The position numbers were made by a program, and so were the translations under genes. A DNA stretch of 63,957 nucleotides, filler included, from Reclinomonas americana ATCC 50394 (taxonomy: Eukaryota): the NCBI GenBank assembly GCA_048213135.1. It is 16 parts of 16 records of this genome, joined end to end, with 100 filler letters (N's around TTAATTAATTAA, not from the genome) between each part and the next. Parts side by side here need not be neighbours in the genome. Positions count along the whole stretch, not along the records: positions 32,985 to 36,000 come from AFZH01016995.1; positions 36,101 to 37,897 come from AFZH01016996.1; positions 37,998 to 45,305 come from AFZH01016998.1; positions 45,406 to 49,027 come from AFZH01016999.1; positions 49,128 to 51,558 come from AFZH01017000.1; 11 more parts are not named here. One strand, written 5' to 3'. Below, in pieces: positions 34,701 to 49,414 of this stretch; position 1 is the stretch's first letter; the number at the start of each line of letters is the position of its first letter. Under the pieces are notes generated by a model. That model did no database searches and was not told the origin of the DNA. It worked only from the letters and a program-made list of their open reading frames with translations.

Positions 34701-35634
34701 GGTGGATTGATGGGCTTGTCGATGAAGGCCATGCTGAAATTGTTGCGTTGCGGGAGGAAGTCAATGGAAAGAAAAGACTTTTCTCCTCATCTCTCATCAC
34801 GCAGGGAGGAGTCATGGACCGACACCTGCCGCAAGCGTGTCGGGGCACTCTTTCATAACATGGGCGAGACGAATCCGTTGGTGGGCCGCGAATACAGCGA
34901 GTTGACGCCGTTGGAGCGAGTTGCGTGGGCTTTTGTGCGTGTGAGCAGGGAGATTTCGCTCATGCGTGTTTTCGTGACGGCAGGGTATGATTCTGCACCG
35001 GCTGGCGGAGCACCGCGTCTCTGTGGTGGATTTGGGAGATTTGAGAAAGGCGGGCACCGGGCAGCCGCCAGAGTTGGTGAGTTGGAAGAGGAAGAGAGAA
35101 AGGGAAACGGAGGGAGAGAGGAGGAGAGCGAGGTGACAGAGGGCAAGCACTCATTCCCAGTGCACGAGTTTGAGTGAGGCATATAAGCTGATGCAGTGCG
35201 CTTCTCGCCCTTTGTCTTTCCGCAGTCGGTGATCCCTCGTGGCTACGACAAGGACGGCGCGTTGTACTGGTACTTCGGTGGTGAGTCTCATTTCCCAGCA
35301 CCCTCGTGATGCTTTCCATTCTATGTTACTCACCTCTATAGCAGCTCGCGTGGGGCGCATCTTCCGCGAGCGGGAACCGAACGCTGCCGATTGTGATGAG
35401 CCTCATTATCGCGGTGGCCACTGGGAGACAGTTGCGACGTTGTCTTTGTGTCGCACACTGTGCGTTTGCCAGCGTCTCACCTCGCTGGTCTGCAGGTGTG
35501 CACAACGCCGCAGGACATTGAGGCGCTCGGCAACGAGCTCAAAACCTCAACGAACCGCTTCGAGAAGAACCTCAGCAAGGTTCTGCTGACGGAGATCTTC
35601 CCCGATTGTCAAACAATGTGGTCGGTGAGTGGGC

Positions 35635-35665
<31 letters not shown>

Positions 35666-35839
35666 AGAGTGAGTGTGAGAGTGAGTGAGAGAGAGAGAGA
35701 GAGAGAGAGACAAAGACAAACAGACAGAGAGACAAAGACAAAGAGAGAGAGGGGGGTGAGGGAGAGTGAGGAGGAAGAGAAAGGGAGTGTGAGAGAGAGA
35801 TATAAAACATCGAGACAGGAAAAGAGGGAGGGAGGGAGG

Positions 35840-35887
<48 letters not shown>

Positions 35888-35892
35888 GAAGA

Positions 35893-35923
<31 letters not shown>

Positions 35924-36137
35924 GAGAGTGAGTGAGTGAGGAGAGAGAGAGAGAGAGTACTCTACCTCGCCACGTCCGTTCCCGTCACTAACCCTTCCTG
36001 NNNNNNNNNNNNNNNNNNNNNNNNNNNNNNNNNNNNNNNNNNNNTTAATTAATTAANNNNNNNNNNNNNNNNNNNNNNNNNNNNNNNNNNNNNNNNNNNN
36101 GAGCGTAGAGAGAGACGAAGAGAGAGAGAGAGAGGAG

Positions 36138-36198
<61 letters not shown>

Positions 36199-36201
36199 GA
36201 G

Positions 36202-36249
<48 letters not shown>

Positions 36250-37494
36250 GGAGAAAGGAAGAGTGAGAAGGAAGAGAAAGGAGAGGGAGAGTGAGTGAGT
36301 GAGTGAGAGAGAGAGAGAGAGATCTACCTTCGCCACGCTTTCCCCGTCGCTAACCCTTCCCCTTCCTCACAGGTGTTTCAACGCAAGCAGCGCAAACTGG
36401 TCATTGCGCAAATCGAACCCCGCAAGCGCTCCTCTCGAGCCATTGAGAAGGAGGCGCAGCGATTGGAGGAGGAGCGGCGTGCGGAGGAGGCAGCGCTGCG
36501 AGCAGAAGAGAAGCGACTCGAGCGAAAGCGCATCAAGGAGGAGCGCAGGTTAGAGCGGGAGCGTGAAATCGCCGAGGCCGAGGCGGCATCTACACTGGCG
36601 GGAGCCGCTGCCGGATTCGGCAACGGGCATCATCATCATCATCATCATCAACGCCAACATCGTCGCAACTCGTCCTCTGGCGATGATGAGGTGGTCGATG
36701 TCGACGACGACGACGATGCTGATGATGGCGACGAAGGGCAACACGACGGCGGTGACGAGGAATACCGCGGTCGGCCGCCACAGAAAAGGGCCAGGCCATC
36801 GGAATCCGCACAATCGCAGCAAGAACAGCCGCCGCAGAAGCGGAAGCGTGGTCGTCCGCCTGGCTCGCGCAAGGGTGTGCCTGCTGCCACGGCTGCGGCA
36901 GCGGCGGCAGCAGCAGCGGCGGCGGCGGCCAGTCACGATGCGACGGTATTGAATCGGCGTGTGTACGCGTTGCCGACCGGTGGAGTTATGCAGTCGCACA
37001 GTTGCGTGGGAGGAGGGATGATGATGACGATTTGTGTGTGAGTTGTGATTCCTGATTGTTATGATGTGTGCACTGCAGATCCGTGGATGTATGCATGTGA
37101 GTCGCTTGCAATTCTTTTTGTTCATCTGTTCACATGTTGCTCACCCGTTTGTGTTGATGCAGATGAACAGCAACAAGAGCAACAGCAACAGCAGCAGCAG
37201 CAACAACAGCATGAGCAACTTTTGCTCCAACAACAACAGCAACAGCAGCATCAACTCATGCTGCAAGAGCAACAGCAGCAGCTCATGCAACGCCAACAAT
37301 TCCTCAGCATGCAGTACCAGCTGCAGCTGCAATATCAGCAAATGCTTCAGCAGCAGCAACAACAGCAGCAGCCACAGCAGCCACCAGTTGTACAACAATC
37401 GCAAGGCGTGCAAATGTCGCTGTATCCGTCGCTTCCGCCGTTCCCACCACCACCACCGCCGGCGGCGGCAGCTCCACAACCTCCCCCTCAATGA
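30479..37494 (+). CDS. Chromatin protein: FYRN/FYRC + DDT-like + WHIM1/WHIM2-3 + AT-hook + poly-Q (RSF1/CECR2-like core), multi-exon across 3 gaps
   Basis: LYTVGFESRR..TPSGAW..SGPEYYGLS (FYR); LRNSWEFAHA..LEQAL (DDT-like); YSELTPLER|GMILHRLAE; GYDKDGALYWYFG; WET|VCTT; KRKRGRPPGSRK. Confidence 0.75.
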
Positions 37495-37625
37495 GAGTGA
37501 AGGATCGCAATTGCAATGCAGATGGGGCGGGAAGGAGGGAGAGGGAAACGGAGAAGAGAGAAGAAGAGAGAGAGAGAAAAGTCCGCGTCCTTCATGCATC
37601 ACTCTTTCATTCTGTCTCGGAAGAA

Positions 37626-40683
<3,058 letters not shown>

Positions 40684-40822
40684 AGACGGGAAGATGATAG
40701 AGAGATATGCATTCTATCCGAGGCTGGCGGCATTTTTTTCCGTTTCCTCCTTCCGTGTTTCTGTGGTCCACCGTGCCACAATGTAGTTGAAGAGAAGGAG
40801 AAGAGCGTGGTGGTGATGGTTG

Positions 40823-41990
40823 TCAACGACGAGCCGCAGACTGGGGCGGCGCGGGTGGGGCGGAGGAGGATGGTGGCGGTGGTGGTGGCGGCGGTGCGTC
40901 CTTGTTGCCGAGGCCGGCGTTGCGGGCGATTTCGAGGGTCTTGTCGACGACGTACTGAGAGAGGGAAGGGAGGTGGGTGAGGGAGAAGGGAGAGGGGGAG
41001 GATAGGAGAAGGGAGAGCGGGAGGAAAGGAGAAGGAAGAGGAAGCGAAATGGAGCAAGGGAGAGGGAGAGAAAGGAGAAGGGAAGGGGAGAGAAAAAGTG
41101 AAGGGAGGCAGAAAGAACAGAGAAGGGAGAGGGAGAGAAAGGAGAAGGGAAGGGGGACAGAGCAAAGGACGTGTGACAGCAAGAAGCAGCGATGCGCAAG
41201 TGCCTTATTCAACGAGCACAGCGAACAGATGACCACGCAGAGCGAGACAGCGTGCAACCCTGGTGTAACAATACACAAGAGACGCAACATCACCAAAGCC
41301 GAGGAAGCCGTCGGCGAGCCTCTTCACCGTCGGATTCGCAATGCTCTCCGTGCGGATGCTGCACGGGAGGCACAGTGAGCAACACAGCGAGGACAGACTC
41401 TTGCTCCCTCTCAAGTGAACATGGATCTCAGTTTCTGTTGTCTTTCCTGCCTCTGGCTGATGCTTCCACAGATGATCTTCAGTCGTGTAAAAGAGGGGAT
41501 AGAGAAGGAAAGAACGAGACGGAGAGAGGGAGAGAGAGAGAATGAAGACAGAAACAAAGACGAAGGCAAGAAGCACGAAAGACTGAGATTGCCATCAGGG
41601 CTCCTGCATCGAAAGCAAGAAAGAGAATGAATGAGGGAAGACAGTCCGTGTCCGCAGCAAGAAGAGCACAAGCGTGCAGAGCACAAGAACGAAAGACGAG
41701 AATGAGAGAAGCTTGCATTTCCCAGTCTGCCTCTCCTTTTCGATTGCATGCTTGATCCTTCTCTCTCCTTGCTGTTCTCTCTCTCTCTTTCTCTTCTCTC
41801 TCTCTTCTCTCTCTCACTGCCTTGCAATCACGCTCTTCTCACCGCTTCCTCTCTTCGCCAGTCATCTCTCCCCTCCCTCCTTCCCCTTTCTCTCTCTCTC
41901 TCTCTCCTCTCTCTTCTCTCTCTCTCTTCTCTCTCTTTCTCTCTCACGCACTCTCTTCCCTGTCCCCTTCATCTCTCTCTCTCTCACTCA

Positions 41991-42023
<33 letters not shown>

Positions 42024-42113
42024 TCTCTCTCTCAGCCTTGCAATCACTCTCTTCTCACCGCTTCCTCTCCTGTCTTCTTGCCTCTTCTCTCTCTCCCTCC
42101 TTCCTCCTCCTCC

Positions 42114-42145
<32 letters not shown>

Positions 42146-42228
42146 TCACTCACTCAATCAGGCACGCGTCGATGCGGAATATCAGACCACTGATTCCACT
42201 CTCCAATCCCTCTCCCTGCACACTCCCT

Positions 42229-42265
<37 letters not shown>

Positions 42266-42565
42266 TCCCACTCAATCACGCAACGCAAGCCCCGTCGTTC
42301 TGTAAACACAAAGAAGAAAGAAAATGCAGAAATACACATCAGCACTTGTCTCCAAAGCACACACACTTTGCACACACACACACACACACACCTCCGCACA
42401 GCAGACAACAACACCGAGACACCAGCCGTATGTGCTCTGCGCGTGCAAAAGATAAGCGCGCAATGTCGCACACTCACTCTTTGTCTCTAATTGCCTCTGT
42501 GTGCGTGTCTCTCTCTCTCTCTCTCAGTGTGTGTGCAGATACGTATCAATGGCAGCGTTGAACAT
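40823..42565 (-). CDS. Small multi-exon gene of unknown function
   Basis: Coding-like islands with splice sites inside low-complexity DNA: MFNAAID.., IRTESIANPTVKRLADGFLGFGD|YVVDKTLEIARNAGLG..Pro-rich stop; 5' exon phases uncertain. Confidence 0.45.
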
Positions 42566-42657
42566 GAACGACACAAGACCCATTCTCAGTTGAAGATGCG
42601 TTGTGTAAAGCATCTCTTCATCCGTTCATCCGCCTTCTCTTACCTCGCGCGCGCGCA

Positions 42658-43725
42658 ATGACCACCTTCTTCCCTCGCATGTGCATACACGGGCACACGC
42701 AACCCGTAAAGTGTGTCGCCGTCACTCCCGACGGTCAGCACGTGGTGAGTGGCAGTCAAGACAAGACTGTGCGAGTGTGGTCGCTGGCGAGTGGTGTGCC
42801 AGTGAGATTGCTGGAGGGGCACACTGATATGGTGTGGTCTGTTGCGGTGACTCGTGACGGGCGACACGTTGTGAGTGGGAGTGAAGACAACACAGTGCGT
42901 GTGTGGTCGCTGGTGAGTGGAGAAGGAGACGAGGTGCGACGGTTGGAGGGACACACTGCTGCGGTGATGTCTGTCGCCGTCACGCCCACTGGAGAGTTTA
43001 TTGTGAGTGGGAGCTATGACAAGACAGTGCGAGTGTGGTCGCTGGCGAGTGGCGCGGAGGTGCGACGATTCGAGGATCGCGGCTATGTGCGATCTGTCGC
43101 CGTCACTCACGACGGTGAGCGTATCGTGAGCGGAGGCAGTGATGGCGACGTGCAAGTGTGGTCTGTGGCGAGTGGGGAGGAGGTGCGACGGTTGAAGGGT
43201 CACGCACACTGGTTGTGGTGCGTTGCCGTCACCCCCAATGGTGAGCACTTGGTGAGTGCGAGTTATGACAAGACAGTGAGCGTGTGGTCGCTGGCGAGTG
43301 GCGAGCAGATGCAACGGTTGCAAGGGCACACTTCAGTGGTGACCTCGGTCGCCGTCACTCCCGACGGTCGGCACATTGTGAGCGGCAGTCAAGACGAAAC
43401 AGTGCGAGTGTGGTCGCTGGCGAGTGGGGAAGAGGTGTGTCGGTTGGAGGACCATCACAGTGGTGCGGTGTATTCAGTTGCCGTGACTCCCGACGGGCAG
43501 CACATTGTGAGTGGGCGCGGGGATAGAGCTGTGCGAGTGTGGTCGACTCCGTACGGCCTCGCACGGCAGGAGGTCGATTGTGCGCGCAAGGCTTTGCGCG
43601 ATGTGCAGGAGATGCAAGAAGAGGAAGAAGAGGATCTACGTTGCCTCGCGGAGATCGCATTGCGCTGCTTCCTGGTCGAGGAGGCCGAGATGATTTGCCA
43701 TCGCAGCTTCAGTCTGTGCTTGTGA
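42658..43725 (+). CDS. WD40 family paralogue C1
   Basis: MTTFFPRMCIHGH; 7 repeats; tail EVDCARKAL..RCLAEIALRCFLVEEA. Confidence 0.92.
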   Translation: MTTFFPRMCIHGHTQPVKCVAVTPDGQHVVSGSQDKTVRVWSLASGVPVRLLEGHTDMVWSVAVTRDGRHVVSGSEDNTVRVWSLVSGEGDEVRRLEGHTAAVMSVAVTPTGEFIVSGSYDKTVRVWSLASGAEVRRFEDRGYVRSVAVTHDGERIVSGGSDGDVQVWSVASGEEVRRLKGHAHWLWCVAVTPNGEHLVSASYDKTVSVWSLASGEQMQRLQGHTSVVTSVAVTPDGRHIVSGSQDETVRVWSLASGEEVCRLEDHHSGAVYSVAVTPDGQHIVSGRGDRAVRVWSTPYGLARQEVDCARKALRDVQEMQEEEEEDLRCLAEIALRCFLVEEAEMICHRSFSLCL

Positions 43726-43890
43726 TTGCAGGATTCTTCTTTCGCTTTTCTCTCGTTTTGCTGTGTAGTACCGTAGTGTAATACCAAGATGCTTGCGAGC
43801 TCGAAGCGAGTTCTCGTTGTACTCGTCTTCGAGTGTCCCTTTCCATTCCCTGTCCTGTCCCCCATCTTGCACACTACACACGCACACTCC

Positions 43891-44976
43891 ATGGCTTCCG
43901 CGCGTCCCTTTCTCTCGTGCAGATGCTTGCGCGGGCACACCATGAGCATATCCTCTCTGGCACTCACTCCCGACGGCCAGCACATTGTGAGTGGCAGTGC
44001 AGACCAGACGGTGCGGGTGTGGTCACTGGCGAGTGGAGCTGAGGTGCATCTGCTGGACGGACACTTTGATTCGGTGTCGTCTGTCGCTGTGACTCCCGAT
44101 GGCCAGCACATTGTCAGTGGCAGTCAAGACAGCACAATGCGTGTGTGGTCCATGTCGAGTGGACAACAGGTGCGACGGCTGCTGGGGCACACTTGCAAAG
44201 TGCTATCTGTCGCCGTCACTCCCAATGGTGAGCACATTGTGAGTGCGAACGGGGACCAGACAGTGCGCGTGTGGTCCCTGGCGACCGGTGAGGAGGTGCG
44301 ACGGCTGAAGGATCCTTACATGGTGCGATATGTAGCCGTAACTCCCGACGGTCAGCATGTTGTCGGTGGGAGTGTTGGTCGGTTTGTGCAAGTGTGGTCA
44401 CTGGCAAGTGGCGAAGAGGTGCGGCGATTGGGGCCGCACTTGGACATATTGACGTGTCTGGCTGTCACTCCCGACAGTCACTACATTGTGAGCGGTAGTC
44501 TTGACAGGAAAGTGCGAGTGTGGTCTCTGGCGAGTGGGGAGGAGGTGCGACGGATGGAGGGGCGCGCGCATGCTGTGTTTTGCGTCGCGGTCACCCCCAG
44601 TGGCCGACACATTGTGAATGCGAGTGGATTTGACAACGCGGTGCGGGTGTGGTCGCTGGCGAGTGGCGAAGAAGTGTGTCGGTTGGAGGGGCACACGTAT
44701 GCCGTGAGTGCTGTCGCCGTCACTCCAGACGGTGAACACATTGTGAGCGGAAGCGATGACCTCACCATACGAGTGTGGTCCACTCCCTACGGCCTCGCTC
44801 GGCAGGAGCTCGACTGTGCGCGCAAGGCTTTGCGTGCCGTGCAGGGGATGCAAGAAGAGGAGGGCGAGGTTGAAGATTCACGCTGCCTGCCGGAGTTGGC
44901 ACTGCGCTGCTTCCTGGTCGAAGAAGCCGAGGTCGTTGTCTATCGCTGCTTCAGCGACTCGAGTCTCTGCCTGTGA
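43891..44976 (+). CDS. WD40 family paralogue C2
   Basis: MASARPFLSCRCL; 7 repeats; conserved tail. Confidence 0.92.
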   Translation: MASARPFLSCRCLRGHTMSISSLALTPDGQHIVSGSADQTVRVWSLASGAEVHLLDGHFDSVSSVAVTPDGQHIVSGSQDSTMRVWSMSSGQQVRRLLGHTCKVLSVAVTPNGEHIVSANGDQTVRVWSLATGEEVRRLKDPYMVRYVAVTPDGQHVVGGSVGRFVQVWSLASGEEVRRLGPHLDILTCLAVTPDSHYIVSGSLDRKVRVWSLASGEEVRRMEGRAHAVFCVAVTPSGRHIVNASGFDNAVRVWSLASGEEVCRLEGHTYAVSAVAVTPDGEHIVSGSDDLTIRVWSTPYGLARQELDCARKALRAVQGMQEEEGEVEDSRCLPELALRCFLVEEAEVVVYRCFSDSSLCL

Positions 44977-45040
44977 TTCCAGGATTCTTCTTTTCTTTTC
45001 GCGTAGTGTAATACCAAGATACTTACGAGTTCTCGTTGTA

Positions 45041-45428
45041 AACTAATTTGTTGCCAGCAGGAGAAGGCCAGTTGGCACAGTTGAAACCAGACATTGTGGC
45101 TGTTACTCGAGCAGGTCCAGGTGTCGATGCACAGGTGACGAAGGTGCTGATTGTGGAGCTCACCGTGGCGTACCCGAAGGACGAAGATGCGCTGCAGAAG
45201 GCGTACGACCGCAAGTTGGTGAAGTATGCCGAGCTGGTGGAGAAGATCCGAACGCACACTGAAGCGGTGGTTACGTACGTGCCGATTGTTTTCACTCAAG
45301 TTGGANNNNNNNNNNNNNNNNNNNNNNNNNNNNNNNNNNNNNNNNNNNNTTAATTAATTAANNNNNNNNNNNNNNNNNNNNNNNNNNNNNNNNNNNNNNN
45401 NNNNNATTATTGAATGATGTGTTTTGTG
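45041..45428 (+). mobile_element. 5'-truncated RLE-type non-LTR retrotransposon inserted in the C2-C3 spacer (spans a gap)
   Basis: KPDIVAV..VLIVELTVAYP..AYDRKLVKYAELV..VPIVFTQVG; flanks rejoin to the uninterrupted spacer seen at 43810-43835. Confidence 0.85.
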
Positions 45429-45498
45429 TCGTCTTCGAGTGTCCCTTTCCATTCCGTGTCCTGCTCCCCATCTTGCACACGTACTATACGCACACTCC

Positions 45499-46596
45499 AT
45501 GACCTGCACTCCTCCCTTGTTCTCATGCAGATTCTTGCACGGACACACCAACTGTGTGATGTCTGTCGCCATTACCCCCGATGGCCAGCATGTTGTGAGT
45601 GGCAGTGCAGACACCACCGTGCGGGTGTGGTCACTGGCGAGTGCAATGGTAGTACGACGATTGGAGGGGCACACTCAGGGGTTGCGGTCTGTCACTGTCA
45701 CTCCCGATGGTGAGCACGTTGTGAGTGCGGGTGATGACAAGACGGTGCGGGTGTGGTCACTGGCGAGTGGAAAGGTGGTGCGAGTATTGGAGGGACACAC
45801 GAGCGTTGTGCTGTCTGTCGCCATCACTCCAAGTGGAGAGTACATCGTCAGCGTGAGCGTTGACAGCACAGTGCGAGTGTGGTCACTTGCGAGTGGAAGG
45901 GAAGTGCGGCGATTTGAGGGTCACCCGCGGCCGAATGTGTTTTCGCATTCTGTCGCCGTCACTCCCGATGGTGAGTTCATCGTGGGTGGAGGCAGTGATA
46001 GCAATGTGCGAGTGTGGAGTTTTGCAAGTGGCGAAGAGGTGCGCCAGCTGAAGGGTCACACGCACTGGGTGGTTTCTGTTGCCCCAACTCCCGACGGTCA
46101 GTGCATCGTGAGTGGATGTGTTGACAGCATAGTGCGAGTGTGGTCTCTCGCAAGTGGAGAGGAGGTGCGACGGATGGAGGGACACGCTGACCACGTGATG
46201 TGCGTGCGCGTCGCCGTGACCCCCAATAGCACCTACGTTGTGAGCTGCAGTGCGGACAGTACAGTGCGCTTGTGGTCGCTGACGAGCGGGAGCGAAGTGT
46301 GCCGACTAGATGGACAGGCTTCTCGTATGTTATCTGTCGCCGTGACTCCCGACGGACAGCACGTTGTGAGTGGGTGCGGGGATAGAGGTATTCGAGTGTG
46401 GTCCACGCCATGCGGTCTCGCTCGGCAGGAGCTCGACTGTGCGCGTAAGGCTTTGCGTGCTGTGCAGGAGATGCAAGAGGATGAAGGAGAGGAGGATCCA
46501 CGCTGCCTGCCGGAGTTGGTACTGCGCTGCTTCCTGGTCGAGGAGGCCGGGGTCATCGTCCATCGTTGTTTCACCGACGAGCGTCTCCGTTTGTGA
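45499..46596 (+). CDS. WD40 family paralogue C3
   Basis: MTCTPPLFSCRFL; 7 repeats; conserved tail. Confidence 0.92.
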   Translation: MTCTPPLFSCRFLHGHTNCVMSVAITPDGQHVVSGSADTTVRVWSLASAMVVRRLEGHTQGLRSVTVTPDGEHVVSAGDDKTVRVWSLASGKVVRVLEGHTSVVLSVAITPSGEYIVSVSVDSTVRVWSLASGREVRRFEGHPRPNVFSHSVAVTPDGEFIVGGGSDSNVRVWSFASGEEVRQLKGHTHWVVSVAPTPDGQCIVSGCVDSIVRVWSLASGEEVRRMEGHADHVMCVRVAVTPNSTYVVSCSADSTVRLWSLTSGSEVCRLDGQASRMLSVAVTPDGQHVVSGCGDRGIRVWSTPCGLARQELDCARKALRAVQEMQEDEGEEDPRCLPELVLRCFLVEEAGVIVHRCFTDERLRL

Positions 46597-46775
46597 TTGT
46601 GAAGTTTTCTTTCTTTTTCGCCTCTTCGTTTCTTGTTGCGAGTTGCGTGTCATGTGATGCTCGTCTAGCTGCAATGTACAGCCTTGTAGCGCTCTGTGAT
46701 GATAAAGAACGACTCAAAAAGTGGCTCGACGTTCGACAATCAGTCCTCAATCACAATCAGTCTTCCGGCCGCGCC

Positions 46776-47867
46776 ATGGCCTCCACTCCCCCATCTCTCC
46801 CATGCAGGTGCCTGCGCGGCCACACTGCCAACGTACTCTCTCTTGCCGCCACCCCCGACGGCCACTCCATCGTGAGCGGGAGTCGTGACGACACTGTGCG
46901 CATGTGGTCACTGGCAAGTGGCGAGGAAGTGCAACAGCTGCAGGGACACACTGGCGCGGTGACCTGTGTCGCCATCACTCCCGATGGTCAGCACATTGTT
47001 AGTGGGAGTGGAGACAGCACAGTGCGAGTGTGGTCCGTGGCGCGAGGGGAAGTGGTGCGCCAGTTGCGCGGACATGCCGACAACGTGCGTTGTGTGGCCG
47101 TCACCCCCGATGGTCAGCATGTGGTGAGCGGAAGCAGTGACAAGACCGTGCGAGTGTGGTCACTGGCGAGTGGAAGGGAGGTGCGACGGCTGGAGGGGCA
47201 CACTGGATGGGTGTCGTCGGTCGCCGTCACCCCTGATGGTCAGCACGTGGTGAGTGCGAGTGCTGACGCGTCAGTGCGAGTGTGGTCGCTGGCGAGTGGG
47301 AAGATGGTGCGGCGGTTGGCGGGAGACGCCAATGTGGTGTGCTGCGTCGCCGTCACTCCCGACGGTCGGCATGTGGTCGGTGGCGGGAGTGTTGACATGG
47401 CGGTGCGCGTGTGGTTGCTGACGAGTGGAGAGGTGGTGCGGCGGCTGGAGGGACACACGGGTACGGTGCTGTGTGTCGCCGTCACTGCCAATGGTCAGCA
47501 CGCGGTGAGTGCGAGTCAAGACGGCACCGTGCGAGTGTGGTCTCTGGCGAGCGGCGAGGAGGTGCAGCGATTGGAGGAGCACTCAAAGGGGGTGTTGTCT
47601 GTCGCTGTCACACCCGATGGCCAGCGCATCATCAGTGCGAGTTACGACGAGACAGTGCGGGTGTGGTCGCCGACGCCATGTGCGCTCGCTCGGCTGGAGC
47701 TCGACTGCGCGCGATTGGCCATGCGCGCTGTGCAGGAGATGCAAGAGGATGAAGGAGAGGAGGAGGACCCACGCTGCCTGGTGGAGATCGTGCTCCGGTG
47801 CTTCTTGGTCGAGGAGGCCGAGGTCATCGTCCATCGTTGTATCGCCGACGAGAGTCTCCATTTGTGA
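46776..47867 (+). CDS. WD40 family paralogue C4
   Basis: MASTPPSLPCRCL; 7 repeats; conserved tail. Confidence 0.92.
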   Translation: MASTPPSLPCRCLRGHTANVLSLAATPDGHSIVSGSRDDTVRMWSLASGEEVQQLQGHTGAVTCVAITPDGQHIVSGSGDSTVRVWSVARGEVVRQLRGHADNVRCVAVTPDGQHVVSGSSDKTVRVWSLASGREVRRLEGHTGWVSSVAVTPDGQHVVSASADASVRVWSLASGKMVRRLAGDANVVCCVAVTPDGRHVVGGGSVDMAVRVWLLTSGEVVRRLEGHTGTVLCVAVTANGQHAVSASQDGTVRVWSLASGEEVQRLEEHSKGVLSVAVTPDGQRIISASYDETVRVWSPTPCALARLELDCARLAMRAVQEMQEDEGEEEDPRCLVEIVLRCFLVEEAEVIVHRCIADESLHL

Positions 47868-48047
47868 TTGTGAAGTATCTAATCCTTTTCGCCTCTTTGT
47901 TTCTTGTTGCGAGTTGCAAGTCATATGATCCTCGTCTAGCTGCAATGTACAGCCTTGTAGCGCTCTGTGATGATAAAGAACGACCCATAGTGGCTCGACG
48001 TTTGACAAACAAAATGTCCTCCTCAATCACAGTCTTCCGGCCGCGCC

Positions 48048-49221
48048 ATGACCTCCACTCCCCCTTCGCTCCCCTACAGGTGCTTGTGTGGACACACAGG
48101 CACCGTAACTTCACTTACTGTGACTCCCAACGGTCAGCGCGTTGTCAGCGGCAGTGGAGACAGCACGGTGCGGGTGTGGTCACTGGCAAGCGGCAAGGAG
48201 GTGCAACGACTGGATGGGCATGCTGACTGGGTGCGGTCTGTGGCCCTCACACCCGATGGTCAGCACTTAGTGAGCGCAAGTGAGAGAGTAGTGCGTGTGT
48301 GGTCGCTGGCAAATGGAGAAGAAGTGCGACGATTGGAAGGACACACTAACTGGGTGCTCACTGTCGCCATCACCCCCGATGGCCAGCACATCGTGAGTGG
48401 GAGCGGGGACAAGACTGTGCGGGTGTGGTCGTTGGCGAATGGGGAGGAGTTGCGGCAACTTCAAGGACATGAGGGATGGGTGATGTCGGTCGCTGTTACT
48501 CCTGATGGTCAGCACGTGGTGAGTGGAGGCACGGACGACACAGCACATGTGTGGTCTCTTTCAAGTGGAGAACAAGTTCGATGCTTGAGGGGACACACCA
48601 ACCCGATAATGTCCGTCGCCGTCACTCCCGATGGCCAGCATGTCGTGTGCGGCTGTGACGACAATACGATTCGGCTGTGGTCACTGGCCAGTGGAGAGCA
48701 AGTGCGAAAGATGGTGGGGCACACCGCTGCGGTGGTGTGTGTGGCCGTCACTTGCAGCGGCCGTCACATAGTCAGCGGGAGTAACGATATGACTGTTCGA
48801 GTATGGTCTGTGGAGAGTGGCGAAGAAGTGCTCCGGTTGGAGGGGCACACTGGAAGGGTGTATTCACTTACCGTCACTCCTGATGGCCAGCACATCATCA
48901 GCGGAAGTCGAGACAAGACAGTGCGAGTGTGGTCCACGCCGTACGGACTCGCTCGGGAGGAGCTCACCGGTGCGCGATTGGCCTTGGATGCTGTGCAGGA
49001 GATGCAGGAGGAAGAGGGCGGACAGGANNNNNNNNNNNNNNNNNNNNNNNNNNNNNNNNNNNNNNNNNNNNTTAATTAATTAANNNNNNNNNNNNNNNNN
49101 NNNNNNNNNNNNNNNNNNNNNNNNNNNGGATCCACGCTGCCTGGTGGAGATCGTTCTGCGCTGCTTCCTGGTCGAGGAGGCCGAGGTCGTTGTCTATCTT
49201 TGTAACAGTCTACGTTTGTGA
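48048..49221 (+). CDS. WD40 family paralogue C5 (gap filler sits inside the tail)
   Basis: 7 repeats; ..EEEGGQE|gap|DPRCLVEIVLRCFLVEEAEVVVYLCNSLRL*. Confidence 0.88.
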
Positions 49222-49414
49222 TTGTCAAGTTACCTTTCCTTGTTCGCCTCTTTGTTTCTTGTTAGCATCATGTGCACCATCTGCTGCTCATCTAGCTGCA
49301 ATGTAAGCCGTGCAGCGTCTCCTGACGGACCACATCGTCTTGACGTTCACATGTCCGCCTCATCGTCCTCACTCCGTCTCCCGTCTTCATTCGCGAACAC
49401 AACAAACGTGAATC

